Source of the DNA: Pelagibacteraceae bacterium | Lineage (GTDB): Bacteria > Pseudomonadota > Alphaproteobacteria > Pelagibacterales > Pelagibacteraceae | Direction of reading: 5' to 3' | DNA length: 64,000 nt | Assembly (NCBI GenBank): GCA_008638015.1 | Contig: VTPD01000002.1 | Coordinates: 7,724 to 71,723, forward strand | Shown here: positions 29,151 to 38,944 of the stretch, in pieces | How the letters are laid out: every line of letters begins with the position of its first letter | How positions within the stretch are numbered: the stretch's first letter is position 1 | Notes under the pieces: model-generated | What the model was told of the DNA's origin: nothing | Seen by the model: the letters and a program-made list of their open reading frames with translations, nothing else | Databases searched by the model: none | Program-made: the position numbers and the translations under genes

Positions 29151-31404
29151 TATTATTGAAGATCAATTAAAAAATCAATTTGCTAAAAAATATTTAGCTT
29201 ATGCATTATCAACTATTACGCAAAGAGCATTGCCTGATGTGCGTGATGGATTGAAACCAGTTCATAGAAGATTAATTTACGCAATGTATTTACTGAATTT
29301 AAGCCCATCATCAAGTTTTAAAAAATCAGCTAGAGTGGTAGGTGACGTTATAGGAAAATTTCATCCCCACGGAGATCAGTCCGTCTATGATGCGCTAGTA
29401 AGATTAGCACAAGATTTTTCTACTAACTATCCACTAATTAATGGTCAAGGTAATTTTGGAAATATCGATGGAGATAATGCAGCAGCCATGAGATATACAG
29501 AGACCAAGCTTACTGATGTAGCTGAATTTTTGCTAAACGATATAGACCATGACACTGTTGAATTTAGAAAAACATATGACGGTGAATTAGATGAACCAAT
29601 AGTATTACCATCTGCTTTTCCAAATTTATTAGCAAATGGCTCTTCTGGTATTGCAGTAGGAATGGCAACCAATATACCACCTCATAATTTAGAAGAGGTA
29701 TGTCAGGCCTTAAAATTTTTAAATTCTAATAAAAATGCATCTATTAAAGACTTGTTAAAAATAATTCAAGGTCCTGATTTTCCAACGGGGGGTATTTTGA
29801 ATCTTGATAAAAATGAAATTTTAAAAGCTTACACTTATGGAAAAGGAGTATTTGAATTAAGATCCAATTATAAAGTGGAGGATTTAGGTAAGGGCCAATA
29901 TCAAATTGCTATTACAAAAATACCTTATCAAGTTAATAAATCAAAACTAATTGAAAAGATTGCAGATCTAATTGTTAATAAAAAAAACAAACTATTAGAC
30001 AATGTAATTGATGAATCAGATGAAAATATTCGAATAGTTTTGCGTCCCAAAAACAGAAACGTAGATCCAGTCATCCTCATGAATAGTTTGTATCAACAAA
30101 CAGATTTGGAAACTAAGTTTTTTCTGAATTTAAATGTATTAAATGAAAAACTTGAACCTAAAGTCATGTCTTTAAAAGATGTTTTAAATAGTTTTTTAAA
30201 ACATCGATATATAATTTTGGAGAAAAAAACTAAGTTCTTATTAAATAAAATAAATTTAAGATTGGAAATTTTAAAAGGATTTTTAATTGTATATCAAAAT
30301 TTAAATAATATTATTAAAATAATTAGAAACTCGAATAATCCAAAGACTGATTTAGTAAAAAAATATAAGTTTACTGAAAATCAAGTTCAAGCAATTCTTG
30401 ATATGAAACTTCGTAATTTAAGAAAAATTGAACAAAAAGAAATAGAGAATGAAAATAAAAATCTACAAAATCAAAAAAAATATTTAACAAAATTATTGTC
30501 TTCAAGGCCTTTAAAGCAAAAAGAAATCAATAAAGAAATAGATTTAGTTATTCACAAGTTTGGAAATTTATCTAATTATGGTAGTCGAAAAACTTCTATC
30601 GAAAAGTTTAATAAAATAAGCTCTGAACAAATTAATGAGGAATTAAAATCAACTGATCCTATATCTATTGTATTATTAAAAAATGGTCTGCTAAAATCCC
30701 GATCTGGATATAATAATTTTAAAAGTTTTGCAGATTTCCAAGAAAATGAATTTCTTGTTGTAGATGGAAAAAAATCTGAGAAATTCATTTTTTTATCCAA
30801 TTTTGGTAAAGCATACACATTGAATGGAGAGGATTTAATATTTGGCTCACAAAAGGGCAGACCATTTTCTGCATATTTTTCATTAAATGATAATGAGGAA
30901 ATTGTTGATTGTTTTTTATACAAAGATAATAAAAAAATTTTTATAGTTTCTAAAAATGGTTTTGGTTTGGTTATCCCTTCCACAAGTTTTCTTTCAAATA
31001 AAAAAAGTGGAAAAAAAATATTTAATGTTAAAAAAAATGATAATTTGGCAATGCTTTGTTGTTTAGAAAAAAAATATAAATTTATCTATTTGATGATTAA
31101 GTCTGATAAGAATTTAAAATCTTTAGTACTAAACACTAGAGAAATTCCAGAGCAAGAAAAAGGTAGTGGTGTTATGTTATTCAAAGCAAAAAATTATTCA
31201 TTATTTGCAGCATCTGTATTAAATGATAAGCTTGATATGCTCGACTCTTTTGCGAATAAAATTAAATTAAAAACAAATATGAAATCTTTCATTACATCTA
31301 GAGCAAAACCTGGAAAATTATTTAAAGAAAAAATTATTTTTAACGGGCTTGATAGAGGTTTTGAATCAAATATTTACAACTTAATTGAATGGAAAAAAGA
31401 TTAA
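29137..31404 (+). CDS. parC: DNA topoisomerase IV subunit A
   Basis: [37 protein letters not shown]; 755 aa; follows recO; distinct from the gyrA at the window end. Confidence 0.9.
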   Translation: MTKFNIIEDQLKNQFAKKYLAYALSTITQRALPDVRDGLKPVHRRLIYAMYLLNLSPSSSFKKSARVVGDVIGKFHPHGDQSVYDALVRLAQDFSTNYPLINGQGNFGNIDGDNAAAMRYTETKLTDVAEFLLNDIDHDTVEFRKTYDGELDEPIVLPSAFPNLLANGSSGIAVGMATNIPPHNLEEVCQALKFLNSNKNASIKDLLKIIQGPDFPTGGILNLDKNEILKAYTYGKGVFELRSNYKVEDLGKGQYQIAITKIPYQVNKSKLIEKIADLIVNKKNKLLDNVIDESDENIRIVLRPKNRNVDPVILMNSLYQQTDLETKFFLNLNVLNEKLEPKVMSLKDVLNSFLKHRYIILEKKTKFLLNKINLRLEILKGFLIVYQNLNNIIKIIRNSNNPKTDLVKKYKFTENQVQAILDMKLRNLRKIEQKEIENENKNLQNQKKYLTKLLSSRPLKQKEINKEIDLVIHKFGNLSNYGSRKTSIEKFNKISSEQINEELKSTDPISIVLLKNGLLKSRSGYNNFKSFADFQENEFLVVDGKKSEKFIFLSNFGKAYTLNGEDLIFGSQKGRPFSAYFSLNDNEEIVDCFLYKDNKKIFIVSKNGFGLVIPSTSFLSNKKSGKKIFNVKKNDNLAMLCCLEKKYKFIYLMIKSDKNLKSLVLNTREIPEQEKGSGVMLFKAKNYSLFAASVLNDKLDMLDSFANKIKLKTNMKSFITSRAKPGKLFKEKIIFNGLDRGFESNIYNLIEWKKD

Positions 31405-31592
31405 GAAGTGTTTTTAAAACTATTAGTTGGAGAATTTTAGCTTCGATTGATACTTTTTTAATATCTTGGTTTATTAGCGGAAGTCTTTCAATTAGTTCCT
31501 GGATTGCTGGTATTGAAGTTATTACCAAGATTTTTCTTTATTATTTTCATGAAAGGATATGGAATTCCATTTCTTGGGGGAAAAAAAAATGA
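31389..31592 (+). CDS. DUF2061-like small membrane protein
   Basis: RSVFKTISWRILASIDT...KIFLYYFHERIW pattern. Confidence 0.85.
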   Translation: MEKRLRSVFKTISWRILASIDTFLISWFISGSLSISSWIAGIEVITKIFLYYFHERIWNSISWGKKK

Positions 31593-32029
31593 ATACAAAA
31601 AAATTAAAAAAATGTCTTTCTCTTTTTGCAACAGGTATAACATCCATAGTTACAAAAAAATCTAAAAACTATATAGGCATTACCGTTAATTCATTTAGCT
31701 CTGTATCTTTAGAGCCACCTTTAGTGATGTGGTGTATTGACAAAAAATCCTCTTCAATAAAGTCTTTTTTAAAAGTAAAAAATAAGTATGAAATAATTTT
31801 TTTATCTAAATCACAAAGAACAATATCCAATAAATTTGCTAGCGCTGATAATGAAGTTAGTAGTTTATCATTAAATAATATTAAAAAAAACTCTCTCGGT
31901 TATATGATTTGTACATTTTATAAAAAATTATCTGCTGGAGATCATTATATCATTTTGCATAAGGTAAAAACTTTTAAGGTTTTAAATGATAAAAAACCTC
32001 TTCTTTTTTTTAAAAGTAAATATTGTTAA
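31589..32029 (+). CDS. Flavin reductase family protein (HpaC/RutF-like)
   Basis: FATGITSIV, GITVNSFSSVSLEPPLV, AGDHYI, KPLLFF; start revised to ATG 31589. Confidence 0.9.
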   Translation: MNTKKLKKCLSLFATGITSIVTKKSKNYIGITVNSFSSVSLEPPLVMWCIDKKSSSIKSFLKVKNKYEIIFLSKSQRTISNKFASADNEVSSLSLNNIKKNSLGYMICTFYKKLSAGDHYIILHKVKTFKVLNDKKPLLFFKSKYC

Positions 32030-32032
32030 TTC

Positions 32033-33010
32033 TTATAAATATTTTTCAACAATTTCATTTGCAAAATATGTGATTACGGCCGATGATCCAGCTCTTTTAA
32101 AGGATATCATCATTTCATAAATTGCTCTTTCATCTATCAATTTATTTTTAATAGCTAACTTTAGCATAGAATATTCACCAGAAACATTGTACGCAATAAT
32201 TGGAAGTTCAAATTTTTTTTTTGCTCTAGATATAATATCTAAATAAGCCAAACCTGGCTTGATCATAACCATATCCGCACCTTCGTCTATATCTAGTCTT
32301 ATTTCTCTCAGTGCTTCTTTGCTGTTATGGTAATCCATTTGGTAATTTCGTTTATCAATTTTATTTTTTTGTGTTGATCCAACAGCATCTCGAAAAGGTC
32401 CATAAAAATTTGATGCATATTTAGCTGCATATGATAATATTTTTGTATTTTTATATTTATTTTTTTCTAGTGCTTTTCTTATTTCAATAACACGACCATC
32501 CATCATATCAGAAGGAGCAAGTATATCGCAACCAACGCTTGCTTGTAGCAATGCTTGTTTAATTAATATTTGAATTGTTAAATCATTATCGACATAATTA
32601 TTTTTTAATATTCCATCATGACCATGATTTGTGTATGGATCTAAAGCAACATCGCAAATTATTCCAATTTCATTTTTAAATTTTTTTTTAATTTCTTTAA
32701 CTGATTGACATATTAAATTATTTTCATTTAGTGCCTCACTTCCATTATTGTCTTTTTTTTCCTTTTTGGTTTCTGGAAATAAGGCTATAGCTGGTATTTT
32801 ATTTTTAATAGTTCTTTCAACAATTTTTTCAAGATTATCAACACTATATCTGTATACATCAGGCATTGTTTTGATTTCTTCTTTGATGTTTTTTCCATCT
32901 TTTACAAAAATAGGTAAAATTAAATCAGAACTTGAAATATTATTTTCCTGAACCAGTCTTCTTGACCAATCAAATTCTCTTGTTCTTCGTAGTCGCGTTA
33001 GTGGATACAT
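32033..33010 (-). CDS. hemB: Porphobilinogen synthase
   Basis: DVALDPYTNHGHDG, PSDMMDGRV, SNFYGPFRDA, MVMIKPG, YNVSGEY. Confidence 0.98.
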   Translation of the reverse strand: MYPLTRLRRTREFDWSRRLVQENNISSSDLILPIFVKDGKNIKEEIKTMPDVYRYSVDNLEKIVERTIKNKIPAIALFPETKKEKKDNNGSEALNENNLICQSVKEIKKKFKNEIGIICDVALDPYTNHGHDGILKNNYVDNDLTIQILIKQALLQASVGCDILAPSDMMDGRVIEIRKALEKNKYKNTKILSYAAKYASNFYGPFRDAVGSTQKNKIDKRNYQMDYHNSKEALREIRLDIDEGADMVMIKPGLAYLDIISRAKKKFELPIIAYNVSGEYSMLKLAIKNKLIDERAIYEMMISFKRAGSSAVITYFANEIVEKYL

Positions 33011-33106
33011 TGTAAAAAAATGTTTTATTAATAGTTATTTGTAGTTTTAAAAAAAGATAAAATATATACCAAATGTTGTAGTTTATTACTCTTTCTTGTA
33101 TATATC

Positions 33107-33565
33107 TTGATCTTTATGGTCAATAAGCACAATATAAATATTAAACAAATTTTAATTGCATCTGACCATGCCGGTTATCCTTTAAAAGAAATAATTAAAA
33201 AATATTTAATAAATAAAAGATTTAAAGTTTTAGATCTTGGTACAAATTCAAAGAATATTTCAGTTGATTATCCCATATATGCAAAAAAACTTTCTAAAAA
33301 AATTAACAGTAAAAATTGTGGAATTTTAGTCTGTGGCTCAGGTATAGGAATGTCGATAGCTTCAAACAGATTTAAAAATGTAAGGAGTGCTCTTGTCTCT
33401 AGTAGTAGGGAGTCTAAACTTTCAAGACAGCATAATAATTCTAATGTTATTTGTTTAGGAGCAAGATTAATTAAAAAAACAACTGCCTTAAAAACAGTTA
33501 TGAGTTTTTTGACTACAAATTTTGAAGGTGGTAGACATCTTAAACGAGTCAAATTACTTAATTAA
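33107..33565 (+). CDS. rpiB: Ribose-5-phosphate isomerase B
   Basis: [34 protein letters not shown]; start may be ATG 33116. Confidence 0.95.
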   Translation: MIFMVNKHNINIKQILIASDHAGYPLKEIIKKYLINKRFKVLDLGTNSKNISVDYPIYAKKLSKKINSKNCGILVCGSGIGMSIASNRFKNVRSALVSSSRESKLSRQHNNSNVICLGARLIKKTTALKTVMSFLTTNFEGGRHLKRVKLLN

Positions 33566-33566
33566 T

Positions 33567-34853
33567 ATGAGCTATTTAAATAATACGTTAAAAGATTTTT
33601 TTACAAGGAGTCTAAAAGATTCCGATCCTGATCTTGATAACTCAATTTCTAAAGAGCTTGAAAGACAAAAATCTCATTTAGAATTAATAGCATCAGAGAA
33701 CATTGTCTCTAAAGCTATTTTAGAAGCCCAAGGCTCTGTTTTGACAAATAAATATGCAGAGGGTTACTCGGGTAAAAGATATTATGGAGGTTGTGAATTT
33801 GTTGATATTGCAGAAAATCTAGCAATAGAAAGAGTTACAAAATTATTTAATGTAAAATTTGCTAATGTTCAGCCTCATTCTGGAGCCCAAGCAAATGGTG
33901 CTGTTTTTTTAGCATTACTTAATCCTGGCGATACAATTTTAGGAATGGGTATTGATCAAGGAGGACATTTGACACACGGGGCACCCCCAGCTCAATCTGG
34001 CAAATGGTTTAATGCTATCCCTTATGGAGTAAAAAAAGAAACTGGCTTAATTGACTATGAATCAGTTCATGAATTAGCAAAAAAAAATAAACCAAAATTA
34101 ATTATTGCTGGTGGAAGTGCTTATTCAAGAATAATTGATTTTAAAAAATTTAGGGAAATAGCCAATGAAGTTGATGCTAAACTTTTGGTAGATATGGCTC
34201 ACTTCTCTGGATTAGTTGCTGGAAAAGTTTATCCAAATCCGTGTGATTATGCAGACGTAGTCACTTCAACTACTCATAAAGTTTTAAGAGGTCCAAGAGG
34301 TGGAATTATTTTAACCAATGACGAAGAATTAGCAAAAAAATTTAATTCTGCAGTGTTTCCTGGATTGCAAGGCGGTCCCTTAATGCATGTGATAGCTGCT
34401 AAAGCTATTTGTTTTAAAGAAGCGCTTACAGATGAATTCAAATTGTATGCAACAAACGTAGTTCAGAATGCAAAAGTTTTGTCTGAAACCTTAAAAAATA
34501 AAGGTCACCAGATTTTTTCAGGTGGAACCGATACACACTTAGTTCTAATTGACCTCAGACCACTTGGATTAACTGGAAAGGAAGCTGAAATCTCCTTAGG
34601 AAAAGCAAATTTAACCTGCAATAAAAATGGAATTCCTTTTGACGAACAAAAACCATGGATTACATCAGGTATCCGTTTAGGAACTCCAGCTTGTACCACT
34701 AGGGGGCTTGGTGTTGATCAATTTAAATTAATTGGTGAATATATCGATGAGGTATTAATTGGATTAAAAAATAATAAAGAAGATAATTCAAAAGTAGAAA
34801 AAATTGTTCAGGAAAAAGTAAAAAAACTCTGTAATGATTTCCCAATTTATTAG
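33567..34853 (+). CDS. glyA: Serine hydroxymethyltransferase
   Basis: [32 protein letters not shown]; start revised to ATG 33567. Confidence 0.98.
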   Translation: MSYLNNTLKDFFTRSLKDSDPDLDNSISKELERQKSHLELIASENIVSKAILEAQGSVLTNKYAEGYSGKRYYGGCEFVDIAENLAIERVTKLFNVKFANVQPHSGAQANGAVFLALLNPGDTILGMGIDQGGHLTHGAPPAQSGKWFNAIPYGVKKETGLIDYESVHELAKKNKPKLIIAGGSAYSRIIDFKKFREIANEVDAKLLVDMAHFSGLVAGKVYPNPCDYADVVTSTTHKVLRGPRGGIILTNDEELAKKFNSAVFPGLQGGPLMHVIAAKAICFKEALTDEFKLYATNVVQNAKVLSETLKNKGHQIFSGGTDTHLVLIDLRPLGLTGKEAEISLGKANLTCNKNGIPFDEQKPWITSGIRLGTPACTTRGLGVDQFKLIGEYIDEVLIGLKNNKEDNSKVEKIVQEKVKKLCNDFPIY

Positions 34854-34856
34854 CAT

Positions 34857-35318
34857 ATGATTTGCCCATTCTGCAAAGAAAAAGATACATCAGTAATTGA
34901 CTCAAGAGCTACAGAAGATGGAACTGCCATTCGAAGAAGAAGAGTTAGCAGTTGTTGCAATCAAAGATTTACAACTTTTGAAAGAGTTCAGTTTAGAGAA
35001 ATTGTTGTAATTAAAAAAAACGGAAGAAAGTCTCCTTTTGATAGAGACAAATTAACCAGGTCGGTAATGATTTCTTTAAGAAAAAGACCAGTGGATGCAG
35101 ATACAATTGAAAAATTTGTTTCAAAAATTTACCGTAATTTAGAGGATCTTGGTCAAAACGAAATTATGTCAAATACTATAGGCAAGTTTGTAATGGACGG
35201 TTTAAAAGAAATAGATCCTGTGGCTTATGTTAGGTTTGCATCCGTATATACAAATTTCAAAGAAGTAAAAGATTTTGAAGAATTTGTGGACAAGATAGAT
35301 GTCCCAAAAAACAAATAA
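34857..35318 (+). CDS. nrdR: Transcriptional repressor NrdR
   Basis: CPFC, VIDSR, IRRRR, RFTTFE, ATP-cone, [10 protein letters not shown]. Confidence 0.96.
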   Translation: MICPFCKEKDTSVIDSRATEDGTAIRRRRVSSCCNQRFTTFERVQFREIVVIKKNGRKSPFDRDKLTRSVMISLRKRPVDADTIEKFVSKIYRNLEDLGQNEIMSNTIGKFVMDGLKEIDPVAYVRFASVYTNFKEVKDFEEFVDKIDVPKNK

Positions 35319-36366
35319 ATTTTATAATAGATATTTTTTTGAATTAGCTGAAAAGCTAGCTAAAATAAATTTATTTAAAACTAAAGAGAATCCATCAGTT
35401 GGTTGCGTTGTTACAGATTTAAAAAACAATATTTTATCTACCGGAATAACTTCGTCTAATGGAAGGCCTCATGCTGAGTACAATGGATTAATTATTTTAA
35501 ATAAAAAAATTAAAAAAAAACTTTTTGTTACTTTGGAGCCTTGTAACTATTTTGGAAAAAGTCCACCATGCACAAAATTAATTGCAAATCATTCAATTCA
35601 AGAAATTCATTTTGGTGATTATGATAGTAACCCACTTATTTCTGGCAAAAGTATAAATTATTTAAAGAAAAAAAATATTAAAGTTACAAAACATAAACTT
35701 TCTAAATTTTTTTATCATGATTATAATTATTCTGTAGAAAAAAAAATTCCATACGTAACTTCAAAAATTGCTATAACAAAAAATTTTTATACAAAATTTA
35801 AGAACAATAAATATTTTACTAATAGCCAATCATTAAAATTTGCACATTTATTGAGATACATGAATGATGCAATTTTAGTTGGATTTAATACATTTAAAGA
35901 AGATCTCCCCATATTAACTTGTCGTATTCGTGGCTTACATGCCTCCTCGCCAAAAATTTTTATTATAAATAAAAATCTTATTTTTTTTAAAAAACACTTG
36001 GATAATTCTTCTAAAAAAATGGTAATTTTTCATGATTGTATTGATTTTAAAAAGATTAAAAAATATCAAAAATTTTTTACTTTATGTCGTATTCCAACTT
36101 CAAATGGCATTATGAAACCTTTTGAACTGCTAAAAGAAATATATAAATTTAAATGTCGATCTTTACTTATAGAAGGTGGAATAAAAACATTAAATAGTTT
36201 TAATGAAAAAAAACTAATCAATAGAGGTTTTGTGATAATATCTAAGTTAGTAAGTAAAAATAACAGTTATTCTGCAAAGAAATTTCTTAGTTTATTTTAT
36301 GGATCGAACATATTCAGATATAAAGAAAATATTAATTTAGCAGATAATCAATTGATTAAAAAATAA
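35299..36366 (+). CDS. ribD: Riboflavin biosynthesis deaminase/reductase
   Basis: [31 protein letters not shown]. Confidence 0.93.
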   Translation: MSQKTNKFYNRYFFELAEKLAKINLFKTKENPSVGCVVTDLKNNILSTGITSSNGRPHAEYNGLIILNKKIKKKLFVTLEPCNYFGKSPPCTKLIANHSIQEIHFGDYDSNPLISGKSINYLKKKNIKVTKHKLSKFFYHDYNYSVEKKIPYVTSKIAITKNFYTKFKNNKYFTNSQSLKFAHLLRYMNDAILVGFNTFKEDLPILTCRIRGLHASSPKIFIINKNLIFFKKHLDNSSKKMVIFHDCIDFKKIKKYQKFFTLCRIPTSNGIMKPFELLKEIYKFKCRSLLIEGGIKTLNSFNEKKLINRGFVIISKLVSKNNSYSAKKFLSLFYGSNIFRYKENINLADNQLIKK

Positions 36367-36367
36367 T

Positions 36368-36952
36368 ATGTTTACAGGAATTATAAAACACACAGGAAAA
36401 ATTAGTAAAATTATAAAAAAAAGAAAAGGTTTTGAATTACATCTTGATACTAAATTAAAAATTTCTAATAAGAGCACAGGAACATCTATTTCTATCAATG
36501 GTGTTTGTTTAACTTTAGAAAAAATTCAAAGAAAAAAATTAATTTTTTTTATTTCATATAAAACTTTTGAGATAACAAATTTTAAAAAAATTAAAACTAA
36601 TGACATAGTCAATATTGAAAAATCACTTAAATTTGGCGATGAAATAGCTGGCCATTTTGTTCAGGGGCATGTTGATACAATTGGGAAGATTACTTCAATT
36701 AAAAAAAGAGAGAAAACTTGGACCATGGACATTATTGTAGATAAAAAATTTTCTACCTTGCTAGTTAATAAGGGTTCAATTGCTATAAATGGTGTTTCCT
36801 TAACTATTGTTAAAGCAATTCAAAATCAGTTTACCCTCATTATTATTCCACATACTTTAAAATTAACAAATATCATTGCTTTAAAAATTAAAGATATTGT
36901 TAATATTGAATTTGATATTGTAATTAAATATTTGTCAAAACTTAAAAAATAA
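36368..36952 (+). CDS. ribE: Riboflavin synthase
   Basis: MFTGII, SISINGVCLT, GHFVQGHVD, IPHT, VNIEFD. Confidence 0.96.
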   Translation: MFTGIIKHTGKISKIIKKRKGFELHLDTKLKISNKSTGTSISINGVCLTLEKIQRKKLIFFISYKTFEITNFKKIKTNDIVNIEKSLKFGDEIAGHFVQGHVDTIGKITSIKKREKTWTMDIIVDKKFSTLLVNKGSIAINGVSLTIVKAIQNQFTLIIIPHTLKLTNIIALKIKDIVNIEFDIVIKYLSKLKK

Positions 36953-36953
36953 A

Positions 36954-38039
36954 ATGTTTGCAAAAATAGATAAAATTATTTCAGAAGCTAAAAAAGGTAA
37001 GTTATTCATTTTAGTTGACGATGAAAACAGAGAAAATGAAGGTGACTTAGTATTTCTCGCAAGCAAAACAACTCCTGAAAAAATTAATTTTATGGCTAAA
37101 TATGGTAGGGGATTAATATGTCTTGCTCTAGATAAAAAAAAAGCAGATCAATTAGGACTGCAATTGATGCCAAGTTCAAATAACTCAAGATTACAAACTG
37201 CTTTCACTTTAAGTATTGAAGCTAAAAAGGGTGTGACTACAGGCATTTCTGCAGCCGATAGGGCAAAAACTATTCTTACAGCTATAAACAATAATTCTAC
37301 CAAGAAAGATATTGTAACACCTGGTCATATATTTCCTTTAGTAGCAAGAAAAGGTGGTTGTTTAGTTAGAGCTGGCCACACAGAAGCCTCTGTTGACATA
37401 GCTAAATTGGCTCAATCTAAATCATCTTCTGCAGTGATATGTGAGATAATGAATGATGATGGAACGATGGCTAAAAGAAATCAGTTATTTAAATATGCTA
37501 AAAAACATAAATTATCCATAGCTACGATCGAAGATTTAATTGCTTATAGGCTGAAAAAAGAAAGCTTAGTTTATTTGAAAGAGAAAAAAACATTTTTTTT
37601 TGATAAAGAAAAATATTTTTTAAATACTTTTGCTAATAAAGTTGATGAATTGCAGCATTTAGCTATCGTTAAAGGTGTGATTACAAAAAAAATTACTCCC
37701 AAAGTAAGAGTTATTTCATCAAATTCAATAGATGTTTTCTTAAATAAAAATACTAATGAAAAAATTACTAAAACACTAAATTATTTTAAAAAATATAGTA
37801 ATTGTATCTTACTTATTATGAGAGAAAGCGCATTATCTGATTTACCAAGTTCTTTTTCTTCAAAAGCTATATTAAAAAAAAATAGTAATGAAAATAGATT
37901 GCGTTATTATGGTATTGGAGTGCAAATTTTGAAACAATTAAATGTTAAAAAAATGAATTTAGTATCTAGTTCGAAAAAAAAATTAGTTGCCTTAGATGGA
38001 TTCGACATCAAAATAGTTAAACAGGAAATTATTAAATGA
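36954..38039 (+). CDS. ribB: DHBP synthase fused to a degenerate GTP cyclohydrolase II-like domain
   Basis: VDDENRENEGD, TTGISAADR, PGHIFPL, GHTEASVD, CEIMNDDG; C-terminal domain lacks the Zn-binding Cys motif. Confidence 0.92.
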   Translation: MFAKIDKIISEAKKGKLFILVDDENRENEGDLVFLASKTTPEKINFMAKYGRGLICLALDKKKADQLGLQLMPSSNNSRLQTAFTLSIEAKKGVTTGISAADRAKTILTAINNNSTKKDIVTPGHIFPLVARKGGCLVRAGHTEASVDIAKLAQSKSSSAVICEIMNDDGTMAKRNQLFKYAKKHKLSIATIEDLIAYRLKKESLVYLKEKKTFFFDKEKYFLNTFANKVDELQHLAIVKGVITKKITPKVRVISSNSIDVFLNKNTNEKITKTLNYFKKYSNCILLIMRESALSDLPSSFSSKAILKKNSNENRLRYYGIGVQILKQLNVKKMNLVSSSKKKLVALDGFDIKIVKQEIIK

Positions 38040-38446
38040 AAAAGAAAGGACTAATTGTTGTTTCTAATTATTATGAAGACATTTCAAAAAATTTAATTAA
38101 TGGCTGTAAAGAAATTTTGAAAAAACATTCTCATCAATTTGATGTCAAGATAGTTAATGGATCATTAGAAATACCAACTTTGATTTCAATAAATATTAAA
38201 AAAAAAAAGTATAATTTTTTTATTGCCCTTGGATGTATTATAAAAGGTAAAACTCCTCATTTTGATTTTATTAGTGAGGCAATTACAAAATCACTTCTCG
38301 ATTTATCTATTGCAAATAATATTCCAGTTACAAATGGAATTATTACATCATTAAATTATACTCAGGCCAAAGAAAGAAGTTCAAAAAATAGAAATAAAGG
38401 AAAAGAGGCTGCTTTAGCTGCGATATCCCTTCTTAAAAATATTTAA
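38036..38446 (+). CDS. ribH: Lumazine synthase
   Basis: GSLEIP, IALGCIIKGKTPHFDFIS, NKGKEAA. Confidence 0.95.
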   Translation: MKKKGLIVVSNYYEDISKNLINGCKEILKKHSHQFDVKIVNGSLEIPTLISINIKKKKYNFFIALGCIIKGKTPHFDFISEAITKSLLDLSIANNIPVTNGIITSLNYTQAKERSSKNRNKGKEAALAAISLLKNI

Positions 38447-38451
38447 TTTTT

Positions 38452-38829
38452 ATGAAAAATAATTCCCGATTGATAGTCATTCAAAAAATATATGAAAAAA
38501 TTACGAACAATGATGAAAAAATTATTTTTCCTAAGAGTTCATATATTAGAATTATAAAAAAAGTATTTAATGGATTTTTTGAAAAAGAAAACGAACTTGA
38601 TGAAGTTCTTCAGAATAATTTATCTTCAAATATAAGTTTGAAAAACTTAGACATGATTCTAAAAATTATTCTAAAAGCTGCAATTTACGAAATTTGCTTC
38701 ATGAAAAAAACTCCCTTTAAGGTTGTAATTGACGAGTATTTGAAAGTTACTGAAATGTACTACGATAATAAGCAAAAAGCCCTTGTAAATGCTGTTTTAG
38801 ATTCGGTATTTAGAAAAAATCACTATTAA
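38452..38829 (+). CDS. nusB: Transcription antitermination factor NusB
   Basis: ILKAAIYE, KVVIDEY, VNAVLD; follows ribH. Confidence 0.88.
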   Translation: MKNNSRLIVIQKIYEKITNNDEKIIFPKSSYIRIIKKVFNGFFEKENELDEVLQNNLSSNISLKNLDMILKIILKAAIYEICFMKKTPFKVVIDEYLKVTEMYYDNKQKALVNAVLDSVFRKNHY

Positions 38830-38944
38830 TTCGTATAATTTTAAAAGACTGCTTTAACGATCTTTAAGTTGATTTTATTTGCTAATTTTGGCATGTATCC
38901 ATTTTTTTCAAATCAATTAATTAAAATATAAAAGGATACCAAAT

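Noticed and set aside
29137-29700. parC as a recent duplicate of gyrA or a product of gene conversion
   Set aside because: The shared peptide motifs differ at many synonymous positions; this is ancient paralogy
33011-36366. Glycine or FMN riboswitch ahead of glyA or the rib operon
   Set aside because: Spacers are too short or overlapping, and no aptamer consensus is visible in 33011-33106
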